A stretch of 64,000 nt of DNA from Promethearchaeota archaeon (GTDB lineage Archaea; Asgardarchaeota; Lokiarchaeia; Sigyniarchaeales; SOKP01). This document shows positions 43,101 to 54,200 of the stretch, in pieces. The stretch covers positions 96,001 through 160,000 of the forward strand of contig JBHLOC010000003.1 in assembly GCA_048940925.1 (NCBI GenBank), in the 5' to 3' direction. Within the stretch, counting starts at the first letter, position 1, and each line of letters starts with the position of its first letter. The notes below the pieces were generated by a model. That model saw nothing but the letters and a program-made list of their open reading frames with translations. It was not told the origin of the DNA and made no database searches. Made by a program: the position numbers and the translations under genes.

Positions 43101-43850
43101 TTAAAACCATACATCGAGGGTCATATTTCTTAAAGGAACTTTCTTCTTTGGTTCACATGGTTTCCATTTTAATAATCGCTTTTCGGGCAAATAAGGATGC
43201 TGAACAAGCGTATATTCGACACATCGCTCGTCATCTTTTATCATTACTAACACACTTCCAAAATGGGAAAGGATTTTTCCACCTTTAGGTCTGAAATGCG
43301 AATATTCGTTTAAAGGTGCCGTTATAATAATTAGTGGGTTTGTTTTCCAAAGTATTTTTTTTATTCCATCTATTGCTCTTAGCAGGTCTTCAAAGGTCTG
43401 TTTTTCATAATTTTCAAATAAGGTAGTAATTCCAGAGATTAAGACTACTTTAATATCCTCTAGTTTGGAAAGTTTGTTTTCTAAAAGCTCAACCATTTGA
43501 TCCCAAGTAAAGGCTCTAGCAATTAGAATGTTCTCTAATACTTTTGTGGGTGATAAATTTTGTGAAACTGCAAATTTACTTATATTATAAGGATTAAATC
43601 GATTATTTGCATCAATGAAGGCAACTCTGACACCATCCCCGAACCCTCCATTACTAAAGGACTTTTGAACAATAACAGAAGTTGTAATTAAAATATTAGT
43701 GGATACCTTCTTATCTCCATAGAGTAAATACACTAAATCCCGGTGATAGCCCCCAGAAAGCAATTCATCTAGAGTCTTATCTCCACTTGAAATGAGTCGG
43801 AAATGATTATTCTTCTTGTAGACCTTAAATCCTGAATTAAACGACATCAT
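43101..43850 (-). CDS. Inactivated RadA/RecA-family ATPase of the PolB2-associated type
   Basis: SSGDKTLDELLSGG, FIDANNRF and LENILIARAFT match RadA, but Walker A is GDKKVST and Walker B is VVLISG. Start moved from 43913 to ATG 43850 on promoter evidence. Confidence 0.85.
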   Translation of the reverse strand: MMSFNSGFKVYKKNNHFRLISSGDKTLDELLSGGYHRDLVYLLYGDKKVSTNILITTSVIVQKSFSNGGFGDGVRVAFIDANNRFNPYNISKFAVSQNLSPTKVLENILIARAFTWDQMVELLENKLSKLEDIKVVLISGITTLFENYEKQTFEDLLRAIDGIKKILWKTNPLIIITAPLNEYSHFRPKGGKILSHFGSVLVMIKDDERCVEYTLVQHPYLPEKRLLKWKPCEPKKKVPLRNMTLDVWF

Positions 43851-43898
43851 ATGAAGTAACAATTCTTCAAAATAAAACAGAGATACACCGACAATTTT
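43851..43898 (-). promoter_or_regulatory. Promoter of the RadA-like gene, same architecture as the polB2 operon promoter
   Basis: Minus strand AAAATTGTCGGTGTAT-N23 (contains TTTTATTT)-TTACTTCAT, directly followed by ATG. Confidence 0.7.
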
Positions 43899-44049
43899 CT
43901 GAAATACGTGCATTTTGTCTATAGTTTAGAAATTCTATTTCCTTCTTTAATAAAAAATGTTCTTTTAAAAGTAATATGTTTCTATAGGGATAGAGAGGGG
44001 AGAGTAAAAGTAAAAATGAATTATGTGTAATTCTAAATCAATCAGAAGT

Positions 44050-44067
44050 GTCCGACAAAATCCGAAA
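44050..44067 (-). promoter_or_regulatory. Second TTGTCGG box upstream of the RadA-like gene
   Basis: Plus strand GTCCGACAAAATCCGAAA; CCGACAA core 164 bp from the first box, same orientation. Confidence 0.45.
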
Positions 44068-44331
44068 GACTTTTTTGTGTTAAATATAGTTTTTTTAATC
44101 TTTTATCTATCTGAATTAAATTAAATAATAAGTCATATAAGATAATGTATTATCAATTTTGAAAGTTTTAAAGTAAAAAAAATTAAAGTATTAAAATGTC
44201 ATATAAAGATAGATTTTAGAAGTAAAATTGGAACCCAAACATAAAGGGTTACATATCGAGAATTGGATAAACTTTCATATGAATTCGCTAATATGTTGAT
44301 TACACAATTCTTTATCTAATTATACAAGCAA

Positions 44332-44712
44332 TTATAACTTCCCATTTAATCTCATTGCAAAATTTTTGAGAAAAGTTAATATTTTGGGTGGATTTGCTTG
44401 GGGCATTGCATATGATAGAAGAACATCTCCTTGAAAAGGAACGAATATAATATGTCCCATTCCATGATCATTGGTTCCGATAATTCCCTCAGTAGTAGTC
44501 TTAACTACCGGAAATTCTACATCGTTTAGAACAAAAGAGCGGTCTCCTTTAATAACATTTAATATATTATTTATTTGATAAGTCAGATCCCAATTGGCTG
44601 TCTGAGATATCAGCTTTCCTGTATCAGATACAACTGCTAAGCTAGCAATTTTAATGTTATTCTCAAAGGCAGCAATTCCCAAATCGTCGATAAAATTTTT
44701 TATATCAGCCAT
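44332..44712 (-). CDS. Profilin-like protein (Asgard type)
   Basis: 126 aa with AVVSDTGKLISQTANWDL and IIGTN..GMGHII, as I recall for Lokiarchaeia profilins. Confidence 0.78.
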   Translation of the reverse strand: MADIKNFIDDLGIAAFENNIKIASLAVVSDTGKLISQTANWDLTYQINNILNVIKGDRSFVLNDVEFPVVKTTTEGIIGTNDHGMGHIIFVPFQGDVLLSYAMPQANPPKILTFLKNFAMRLNGKL

Positions 44713-44791
44713 ATTAAATATTTATTAGGCATACTGTTTTTAAATATTATTTTTACTATTTAGCTTTAAATTTAATAAGTAGAATATAGTA

Positions 44792-45262
44792 TTATTCTTT
44801 TTTGCTTAATTTAATGATTATAATATTTGAACTTTTTATTAACTCATCTTTTACCAAATTTTCCATGTTATATCCTTCCCTGTAAATTAATCGTTTAATT
44901 TTCGCATTTATAATTAGTTTTAGACAGCTCATACATGGGAAGGTTGTTGTATATAAGGAAGTGTTCCCTTCTATCGCAGTTCCATGGAGTGCTGCTTGTA
45001 TTATACAATTAATTTCAGCATGAACCCCTCTACATAATTCTGGTTTTTCACCGGGTTTAAGATGCTTTCGAACGCATATTTCTGATGTACAATGTGGTAT
45101 TCCTGAAGGTGCGCCATTATATCCTGTTGATAAAATATGATCATCTTTAACAAGAACCGCCCCAACTTTTCTTTTTATGCAAGTTGAACGTAAAGAGGCT
45201 ATATCAGCCATCTTCATGAAATAATTATCTTTTGAAATTCTTTTTACTTCAGATTTATTCAT
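44792..45262 (-). CDS. dCMP deaminase (ComEB-like)
   Basis: RSTC..RKVGAV, GYNG, HAE and PCxxC motifs. Confidence 0.92.
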   Translation of the reverse strand: MNKSEVKRISKDNYFMKMADIASLRSTCIKRKVGAVLVKDDHILSTGYNGAPSGIPHCTSEICVRKHLKPGEKPELCRGVHAEINCIIQAALHGTAIEGNTSLYTTTFPCMSCLKLIINAKIKRLIYREGYNMENLVKDELIKSSNIIIIKLSKKE

Positions 45263-45304
45263 TTCTTATAATACCTTTAAAATTAAACACAATAAACAAG
45301 AGTA

Positions 45305-46081
45305 TTACAAATTTCTGCTGATTTTTTCCTCAACAATAGAGACTACCCTTGGAAATATTTCGCCGATTATTTCATGAATTACAACTTCCGCCATCGAATC
45401 TACATCAGTTTCTTGAATGTTAATAATAGCTAATTTTGCACCTATTGCTAATGCTTTCTGAGGATACCATGCTACTGGATATACGACTAAACTACTTCCC
45501 AAAACGATTAATAAATCACAATCAGCAATCATCTTATCTGCTGCTGCTAATACTTCCGATTCTAAAGGTTCACCAAAAAAAATTGCATTTGGTTTCAACA
45601 TTCCATTACATACTTCACACATAGGAACTTTTCCTTGCAAAGCTTGATTGACCATAGTTGTTATTGGAAAGATTCTTCGGCATTGCAAGCATTTTGCTTC
45701 CATAACATTGCCATGAAATTCAACAATATTCTCTGTTTTAGCTTTATGATGTAATCTATCAATATTTTGAGTAAGAATCCCTTTTAATTTACCAAGTTTT
45801 TGAAGTCTAGTTAGAGCCTTATGAGCCTTGTTTGGTCGTGCACGAAAAATTGCTTTCCCCGTTTCTAACATAAATTCTAAATTCTTCGCAGGATGTGCTA
45901 TATAGGAATTAATTGAAGCAAATTCATATGGATCAACCTTTTCCCATAATCCTGTGCCAGGACTTCTAAAATCAGCAATACCACTCTCGGTAGACATTCC
46001 TGCACCTGTTAATACTACAATATTTTTAGATTCGAGAATTAAATTTGCTAATCTTTCAATTTTTTCCTCTATCTTACTCAT
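45305..46081 (-). CDS. cobB: NAD-dependent protein deacylase, Sir2/CobB family
   Basis: GAGMSTESGIADFR, TQNID, HG, two CxxC and GSSLVVYP motifs. Confidence 0.93.
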   Translation of the reverse strand: MSKIEEKIERLANLILESKNIVVLTGAGMSTESGIADFRSPGTGLWEKVDPYEFASINSYIAHPAKNLEFMLETGKAIFRARPNKAHKALTRLQKLGKLKGILTQNIDRLHHKAKTENIVEFHGNVMEAKCLQCRRIFPITTMVNQALQGKVPMCEVCNGMLKPNAIFFGEPLESEVLAAADKMIADCDLLIVLGSSLVVYPVAWYPQKALAIGAKLAIINIQETDVDSMAEVVIHEIIGEIFPRVVSIVEEKISRNL

Positions 46082-46273
46082 TTATATAATACTCCAAAAA
46101 TGTAAATCAGACAAAATATTAATAGGGATTATTTTTATTTATTGAATATAATATAATATTATACATTAAAATAACGATAATTAAGAAAAAGTGTCGCTTT
46201 AATTAGTGTATCAATATTGATTTCCATTAATTAAATTCCAATATTCTCTTTATTGAGAATGGTGTAAGAGTAA

Positions 46274-46822
46274 ATGGCTGCTACAAGAAGTTTCATTTAT
46301 AAGGTTTGTGTCGTTGGAGATGGCGGAGTAGGGAAAACTTCAATGGTTCTTAGATATTGTGAAAACAGTTTTAAAGAAAATTATATTATGACAATTGGAT
46401 CTAACTTTTCGACAAAGCAGGTTGAACTTGAGGAGTATCCTAATTTCATTGTAAAGCTTCAGTTATGGGATCTCGCAGGACAGAAGCATTTCAGCTTTGT
46501 GCGGCCACCTTTTTATCGTGGTGCTGGAGGAATCGTGTATGTCTTCGACTTAACCAGAAGGAGTTCATTTCAAAATATATTAGAATGGCAAACTGAAGTA
46601 GAAAAAGTTATTGGTAATGGTAAGCCAAGTATTTTGGTTGGAAATAAAATTGATTTAGCGGAACAAGGAAATCGAGAAGTTGGAGAGGGCGATGGAGAAG
46701 CCCTCATGAGTGAAATAAACGCATTTGGATATTATGAAACGAGTGCGAAAGAAAATATTCTGGTTGAGCCTGTATTTAAAGATATTACGTTAGCTATTCT
46801 TAAGAACACTCAAAAGATTTAA
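46274..46822 (+). CDS. Ras-superfamily small GTPase, Rab-like
   Basis: GDGGVGKT, TIG, WDLAGQ, FYRGA, NKID and ETSAK motifs; no C-terminal Cys tail. Confidence 0.93.
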   Translation: MAATRSFIYKVCVVGDGGVGKTSMVLRYCENSFKENYIMTIGSNFSTKQVELEEYPNFIVKLQLWDLAGQKHFSFVRPPFYRGAGGIVYVFDLTRRSSFQNILEWQTEVEKVIGNGKPSILVGNKIDLAEQGNREVGEGDGEALMSEINAFGYYETSAKENILVEPVFKDITLAILKNTQKI

Positions 46823-46948
46823 ATTTTAATTTGCTTTAAATTTTCAATTTTTTATTTGATATAAACAATAAATTAAAATTACTTAAATTATTTTAAAATA
46901 CTAAATTCAATCTAATATCAAATAAAGAATAAAAAAGGTAAGATTTGT

Positions 46949-47665
46949 ATGTTTGGAGCTGCAGGTAGAGCATATGATCGAGCACTAACTGTGTTTAGTC
47001 CAGAGGGACGCCTATTTCAAGTTGAATATGCATTAGAAGCTGTAAGACGAGGAACACTTGCAGTAGCGGTTAAATCAAATGAAGATGTATGTTTAGCTGC
47101 TCAAATTAAAATTGCTTCAGTATTAATGGATCCTGATTCAATAGATAAAATTTTTCAAATAGATGAACATATAGGAGTAGCAATTTCAGGATTGCATGCA
47201 GACTCACGAGCTTTAATTAATTATGCTAGAGTACAAGCACAATCATTTAGATTAACATATGATGAACCAGTCCGATTAAATATGCTAACAAAATCAATAG
47301 CTGATTTGAAGCAGCAATATACTCAGTTTGGTGGGGTGAGACCATGGGGATGTGCGCTTTTTTTCATCGGAATAGATGCTCTTGGGCCACATATTTATAC
47401 AACCTCGCCAAGTGGAATATATCGTTCATTCAAAGCATATGCTTTAGGAAGTGGTGAAGCAAAAGCTAGAGAATTCCTTACTGATAATTATAAGGAAAAT
47501 TTAGCATTTGAAGAGTTAGTTTTGTTAACCATAAGAGCTCTCAAAGAGTCGATTGATGAAGAGGCAACTAAAGATAATATTCGTCTCGCATGGGTGAAAG
47601 GCGAGGATAAAAAGTTTTATATGTGCTCAAAGAACGAAGTAGATGGTTTCTTACAAAAATTATAA
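46949..47665 (+). CDS. psmA: Proteasome alpha subunit
   Basis: YDRALTVFSPEGRLFQVEYA, SGLHAD and TQFGGVRPWG motifs. Confidence 0.96.
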   Translation: MFGAAGRAYDRALTVFSPEGRLFQVEYALEAVRRGTLAVAVKSNEDVCLAAQIKIASVLMDPDSIDKIFQIDEHIGVAISGLHADSRALINYARVQAQSFRLTYDEPVRLNMLTKSIADLKQQYTQFGGVRPWGCALFFIGIDALGPHIYTTSPSGIYRSFKAYALGSGEAKAREFLTDNYKENLAFEELVLLTIRALKESIDEEATKDNIRLAWVKGEDKKFYMCSKNEVDGFLQKL

Positions 47666-47775
47666 TATTTCTCTTTTTTAACATTAGTATAAAAGATTTT
47701 ATTATCTGAATTTATATCTAGATAGTAATATAAAATCACAATTTTTTTGTAATTTTAATCCCTTGGAGAGTAGAA

Positions 47776-48171
47776 ATGGCTAAAAAGAAGAAGATTAGAG
47801 AGGAATTTCAAGCGATTTTCAAGAAAGGTGATGAAAAAGCAATAAAAAAAATGTTAGACAAAAATCCATGGTTACTAGATGAAATGTCAAACACTATGGA
47901 TGCGGGGATGGTGGAACAGAATCAAGTTATCGCAGCATTAGGTGTTATGGAAGATGAACTTGGTGGACCAGTACCAATCGATGAGATTGTATTCAGTTTA
48001 AGGGTTGATTTTAACATTCGTAAAGGAGATACTGAAGTTCATGAGATTTTGAAGAGTGTAGAGAATTTAAATCTAGTGAAACGAGAAGCTAATGGGTGGT
48101 CTCTGACGAGTGAGGGAGGAAAAATTTGCGATGATTATCTTAATCGAAGTTTAGGAAAGTTAGAACTATAA
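47776..48171 (+). CDS. Conserved hypothetical protein with C-terminal winged-helix fold
   Basis: Helix-helix-helix then LVKREANGWSLTSEG wing motif; SD GGAG upstream. Confidence 0.65.
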   Translation: MAKKKKIREEFQAIFKKGDEKAIKKMLDKNPWLLDEMSNTMDAGMVEQNQVIAALGVMEDELGGPVPIDEIVFSLRVDFNIRKGDTEVHEILKSVENLNLVKREANGWSLTSEGGKICDDYLNRSLGKLEL

Positions 48172-48284
48172 TCAAATAAATTTTTATTATTAATTAATGA
48201 ATTCTAGTTATAGTAGAAAACAGTATTTATTTTGAACTAAGATTATTATTGGATAATTTTATTCTTAATTTTTCTTAAAAATAG

Positions 48285-51200
48285 ATGAATGTTATGGATG
48301 AGCAAAAAGAAGGAGAATTTAAGGAAGATATTGATGAGGATGGATTTGATCCAACTAAAGAAGCTTTCTTTTCAGATTTGATGGAAATGGAAGAAGATAT
48401 TGCTTCTGAGGCCTATGAACTAGTGGAACATGCTATGGGGCTAATACAATCACAATATTATGATGATGCTATAGAAGTTTTACGACAAGCAATTGGTATG
48501 TATACTCAGATAAATAGAGAAGAGGAAATTAAAGCTATTAATAACAAAATTTCTGAGATTTATCTTCTTAAAGAAAAAATATTTAGAGAAAGCGAAATTA
48601 CAACTGAAGTTAAAAGTGAAAAATTGGAGGAGGAGATAGGGGAAGGCGAAGTAAGAATTGTTGAAACTGAAGAAATTGTTAAGGAAAAAGAAGAAGAGGA
48701 TTTCATTGAAACAATAAATAGTCTATTAAAAAGGGCTAAAGAATTAATAGATGAGGATAAATTCGAAGAAGCTCTTGATAATTATGACGAAATAATTGGA
48801 ATTTATGAAGATTTAGGAAAATCTGATGAAATAGAAAAAGTTTATGTATTAATTGAAGAAGTTTATAATAAAAAGGCTGATTATTTACGTAGTATTAAAA
48901 AGGAACCTTCTAAAATTGAAATTGAGTTTGAAAGTGAGGAAGAAATTCTACCAAGAGAAGAAGAACTTAAGGAAGAAAAACTACAGCAATATTTTGATTC
49001 TAAAAAACGGGAAGAAGAAATCTCATCAAGGGCATATGAATTATTGGGAATAGCAGCTGAGCATGCAAAAAGTTATCAATATGATCAAGCGTTGCAATTA
49101 TATATAGAAGGAGCTAATCTCTTCAAGCAGTTAAATTGGACCTATGAGGTTAAAAAAGTCGAAGATACAATAGATCTACTACATCAGCAAAAAACTAACC
49201 ATTTAAAGGAACTTGAAAGACAGGAAATAAAGAAAAAAGAAGAAATTGAGACTCAAAGTCAACAGGTTGAAAAAATCAAAGTAGATGTAAAAGATAAAGA
49301 GGAGGAAGAGAGAATTGCAAAATTAGAGAAATTAAAAGGAATAGAATTTCAAAAGATGGAAAATGAGTATTTTAAAGCACAAGTTGATAATATGGCTACG
49401 GAAGCTGCTCGTATGGGGCGTGAATACGAATTAGCTATGCAGAAGGCTATAAAAAAAGGAAAGATGATTGAAGAATGTATTTATCCAAAAGTTATTGAGA
49501 TTTATAAAAGAATTAAAGAGTTATTAGTTGATAAAGGATGGAGAAATGAAGCAAAAATTTATGATGAGACTATTGATATTTATATCCAAAAATTTGAACA
49601 AGACAAAAAAATAAGACAAATTGAAGCCGAAAAAGTAAAAAAACAAAAAGAAGCTGAAGAAATGTTAAGAGTTCCTAGAGAAGAACATATTCCTACATTG
49701 AGTGAAGAAAAAGTAAGAGTATTGGAAGAACAACGTAGAAAAGAAAGCGAGATTAGAAGTATCAAGGAAAATCTGGATGAGATGACTAATCGTGCTGAAA
49801 AGATAGCGAGAGAATATGAAGTTGCTTTAAGGAAAGGAAGATTTGAATTAAAATGCCCTTTTCCAGAAATTATAAACATTTATAAAAAGGCAAGACAGAT
49901 CGCACTGGAAAGAGGGTGGGAGACAGATGCGGCGATATTTTTAAGTCAAATTCAATCATACAACGAAAAGTTACAAAAAGACAAGAAATTAAGGCAAATA
50001 GAAATAGATAAAAGAAAAAAAGAAGTAGAACTTGAAGAGATATCAAAAGTAAAAAAAGAAGAAAAAATAAAATTAGACAAAACGAAATTAGAAAGAATTG
50101 AAGAAGAGAAAAGATTAAAAGAAGAAGAAGGAGAATTTAATGAATTAATCAATAAAATGATTAATAAAGCTAAAAAATTGGCTAGAGAATATGATCTAGC
50201 TATGAAAAAAGCAATAAGGGAAGGATCGTTAGCAGAAAATCCCCCTTTTGAAGAGATTATTAAGATTTATGAAAGAGTAAAACAGATGGTCTTATCAAAA
50301 GGAAGAAATGAGGAAGCAGCTATTTATGCTAATCAAATTCTTTTATTTTCTGAAAAGTTAAAAAAAGATTTAAAATTAAGAGAAGTTGAGGCCCAAAAAG
50401 CTGAGAGACAAAGAAAAATTGAGGAAATGCATAAAGTCGATCGAAAATCAGAAATTGATGAAGTTAAATTGAAAGCTATTGAAAAGAAAAAAGAAGAAGA
50501 GGAATTTGAAAAAGATATAGCAGATACAGTTAATAAAGCTGAAAAACATGTGCGAGATCATGAAACAGCAATGAGAAAAGCTCTAAGAGAGGGAAGGATA
50601 TTAGAAAAAACACCATACCAAGAAGTGATTGAAATTTATAAAGAATTACGTGATAAAGTATTAGCAAGAGGTTGGGAAGATCAAGCTAGAATATATTCTA
50701 ATCAAATCAAAATATATCAAGATAAGTTAGAGAAACATGAAAAATTACTCGAAGTAGAAACTCAGAAAGCAGAGAGAGAAAAATTATTAGAGGAAATGCA
50801 TAAGGTCGAACGAAAATCAGAAATTGATGAAGTTAAATTGAAAGCTATTGAAAAGAATAAAGAAGAAGAGGAATTTGAAAAACATATAGCAGATATGGTT
50901 AATAAAGCTGAGAAACTTGTGCGAAATCATGAAATTGCAATGAGGAAAGCTCTAAGAGAAGGATTTATAATAGAAGACACACCATATCCAAATGTAATTG
51001 CACTCTATAAACAAATAAATGATGAAATATTAGCAAGAGGATGGGAGGATCAAGCTAGGATTTATTCCAATCAAATCAAACTATATCAAGATAAGTTAAA
51101 GAAACATGAAAATTTACTTGAAGTGGAAGCTCAGAAAGCAGAGAAAGAAAAACAATTAGAGGAAATGCGAAGAGTAGGGCGAAAATCAGAAGTTGATGAA

Positions 51201-54200
51201 AGAAGAATAAAAGCTATAGAAAGAAAAAAAGAAGAAGAGGCATTTGAAAAATCTATCACTGGTTTAATTAATCAAGCTGAAAAATTGGAGAGAGATTTTG
51301 AAAGGGCTATGAAAAAAACTATAAAAAAAGGGGAGATGCTTGAACAAACCCCCTATGTCGAAATTATAGATATTTATAAAGAAATTAAAGAAAAGGTATT
51401 AGAGAAAGGGTGGGGAGATCAAGCTAGTATCTATTCAAATCAAATAAAATTATACCAAGACAAATTAGAGAGACATAAAAAATTATTAGAGGTAGAAGCT
51501 CAGAAAGCAGAAAAAGAAAAACAATTAGAAGAAATGCATAAAGTTGATCGAAAATCAGAAATAGATAAAGGAAGAATAAAAGCAATAGAAATAAAAAAAG
51601 AGGAAGAAGAGGAATTTGAAAAATTTATAACTGACCTAATTAACAAAGCTGAAAAATTAGAAAGAGATTTTGAAAGGACTATGAAAAAAACTATAAAAAA
51701 AGGGGAGATGCTTGAACAAACCCCTTATATTGAAATTATAGATATTTATAAAGAAATTAAAGAAAAGGTATTAGAGAAAGGGTGGGGAGATCAAGCTAGT
51801 ATCTATTCAAATCAAATAAAATTATACAAAGACAAATTAGAGAAACACAAAAAATTATTAGAGGTAGAAGCTCAGAAAGCAGAGAAAGAAAATCAATTAA
51901 AGGAAATACATAAAGTTGATCGCAAATCAGAAGTTGATGAAAGAAGAATAAAAGCAATAGAAAGTAAAAAAGAAGAAGAGGAATTTGAAAAATTTATAAC
52001 TGACCTAATTAACAAAGCTGAAAAACTGGAAAGAGATTTTGAAAGGGCTATGAACAAAGCCATGAAAAAAGGGGAGATATTTGAGCAAACCCCCTATGCT
52101 GAAATTATAGATATTTATAAAGAAATTAAAGAAAATATATTAGCAAAAGGCTGGAGAGAACAATCAGAGATTTATACCAACCAAATCAAACTATATCAAG
52201 ATAAGTTAGAGAAACATGAAAAATTGCTTGAAGTGGAAGCTCAGAAAGCAGAGAGAGAAAAACAATTAGAGGAAATGCAAAGAGTAGAGCGAAAATCAGA
52301 AATAGATCAAGGAAGACTAAAAACTATGGAAAGAAAAAAAGAGGAAGAAGACGAATTTGAGAGAACTATTTCTGATTTAATTAATCAAGCGGAAAAATTG
52401 GAAAGAGATTTTGAAAGGGCTATGAAAAAAGCTATAAAAAAAGGGGAGATGCTTGAACAAACCCCTTATGTTGAAATTATGGATATTTATGAAGAAATTA
52501 AAGAAAAAGTATTAAAGAAAGGGTGGGGGGATCAAGCTAGTATCTATTCTAATCAAATAAAATTCTATCAGGATAAATTAGAAAAACACGAAAAATTGCT
52601 CGAAGTGGAAGCTCAGAAAGCAGAGAAGGAAAAACAATTAGAGGAAATGCATAAAATAGGGAAAAAGGAAGTTAAACCATATAAGCCAGAAAAAATAAAA
52701 GAAATTGAAGAGGGAAATAAGGAAGAAGATATAGTATTAAACCAAGCAATGAATCTTATAGATGAGGCTGAGAAGTTAGTTAAAAATTATGAATTAAGTA
52801 TCAAATCAGATGTTTTATTATACGAAAGTCCTTACAATAAAGCAATTGAAAATTATGAAGAAGCTCAAAAACTACTTAAACAAATTGACTGGAATGAAGA
52901 AGCTATTCGTTTAATCAAAACAATTAAATTTTATAAAGAAAAGAAAGATAAAGATGAAAAATTAAGAGAATTTGAGAAAAAGAAATTAGAGGAACCAGAA
53001 CCAACATTATTAACTGCAAAAGTTGATACTGAAAAAGAATTACTTGCAAGAGAAGAGAAGATTTTAGAATTTGAAAAGAAAAAGAAAGAAGAGGCAAAAG
53101 TAGCAGAAGAAATTTTCAATAAAATCCATAAAGCAGAAAGAATGGCACAAGAATATGAAGTGAAAATTAAGGATGGTGTTTTTGAGCAAGAAGCCCCATA
53201 TGAAGATATTCTTAAAATATATCGGGATGCTAGAAAAGATTTTGAAGAAATTGGTTGGATGGAAGAATCAATGAAACTCATCAATACAATACAATTTTAT
53301 AAAGAAAAGTTGGAAAAAGATAAAAAACTGCGACTCATGGAGATTCAAAAGGAAAAGAAACGAGAAAAAGAAATTTTAATGCAACAAAAATTACTTCAAG
53401 AGGCGAAGGAGGAACAAGAGCGATTTTTAAAACAAAAAGAAGAAGCTCTAATTTTACAAAAGGAAAAAGCAAGCGAATTTGAATCAGCTAAGAATAGTGC
53501 ATTTAATTTAATGGATCTAGCTAAAAATAAATTACAAGAAAACAATTTTGATGAAGCTATTGAACTTTACAAAGCAAGCGGAGAAATATTTTCTGATATA
53601 GGCTGGCAAGAAGGAATTAAAATGGTTAATGATTCAATTATAATGATTAAAAAGAAAAAGGAATCACTTGAGTTTGAAAAGAAATCATTAGAAGAGAGAA
53701 GAATTGAAAAAGTAAAAATTGAAGAAAAATTAGAAGAAAAATTAGCTAAAGCTGAAGAGTTAAGGATATTACAGCAGGAAGAAAAGAGAAAAGAATTATT
53801 GCGAATTCAGAGAGAGAAAGAATGGGAAAGTGAAATTTCAGAAGACGCTTACGAACTTCTAGAACAAGGTACTATTCTGCTAGAAGCTAACAAGTTTGAT
53901 GAAGCTTATGAAAAGTATATTGAAGCAAGAAAATTATTTAATAAAATTTCATGGAAACGAGAAGTCTCTAGGATAAACAATGATTTATTATTTAAACTCA
54001 AGAGAGAAAGGAAAAAATTTGAAATTCTCGAAGATATCAAAGTAAAAAAAGCTGAGGAAGAAATAGAAATGGAGAAATTAAAACAAGAAGCTGATAGGAA
54101 ACGTAGGGAACTTGAGAAAAAGAAAAAAGAAGATAAGCGTAAATTTGTAAAGGAAGAAATTGGGAAAGAGATTAAGAGTAGGTTAAGAAAAGCTGAAAAA

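Noticed and set aside
43851-43913. N-terminal extension of the RadA-like ORF in the track (MHVFQK...)
   Set aside because: It overlaps the conserved promoter layout, so ATG 43850 is the more plausible start.
44792-46081. Sir2 plus deaminase as an antiviral defence pair
   Set aside because: The sirtuin is a canonical zinc-binding CobB type and the deaminase a short ComEB type without a kinase domain; no defence-island context.
50424-52643. Tandem repeats as an assembly artefact, mobile element or DGR
   Set aside because: Units differ by many substitutions while staying in frame; no transposase or reverse transcriptase is present.
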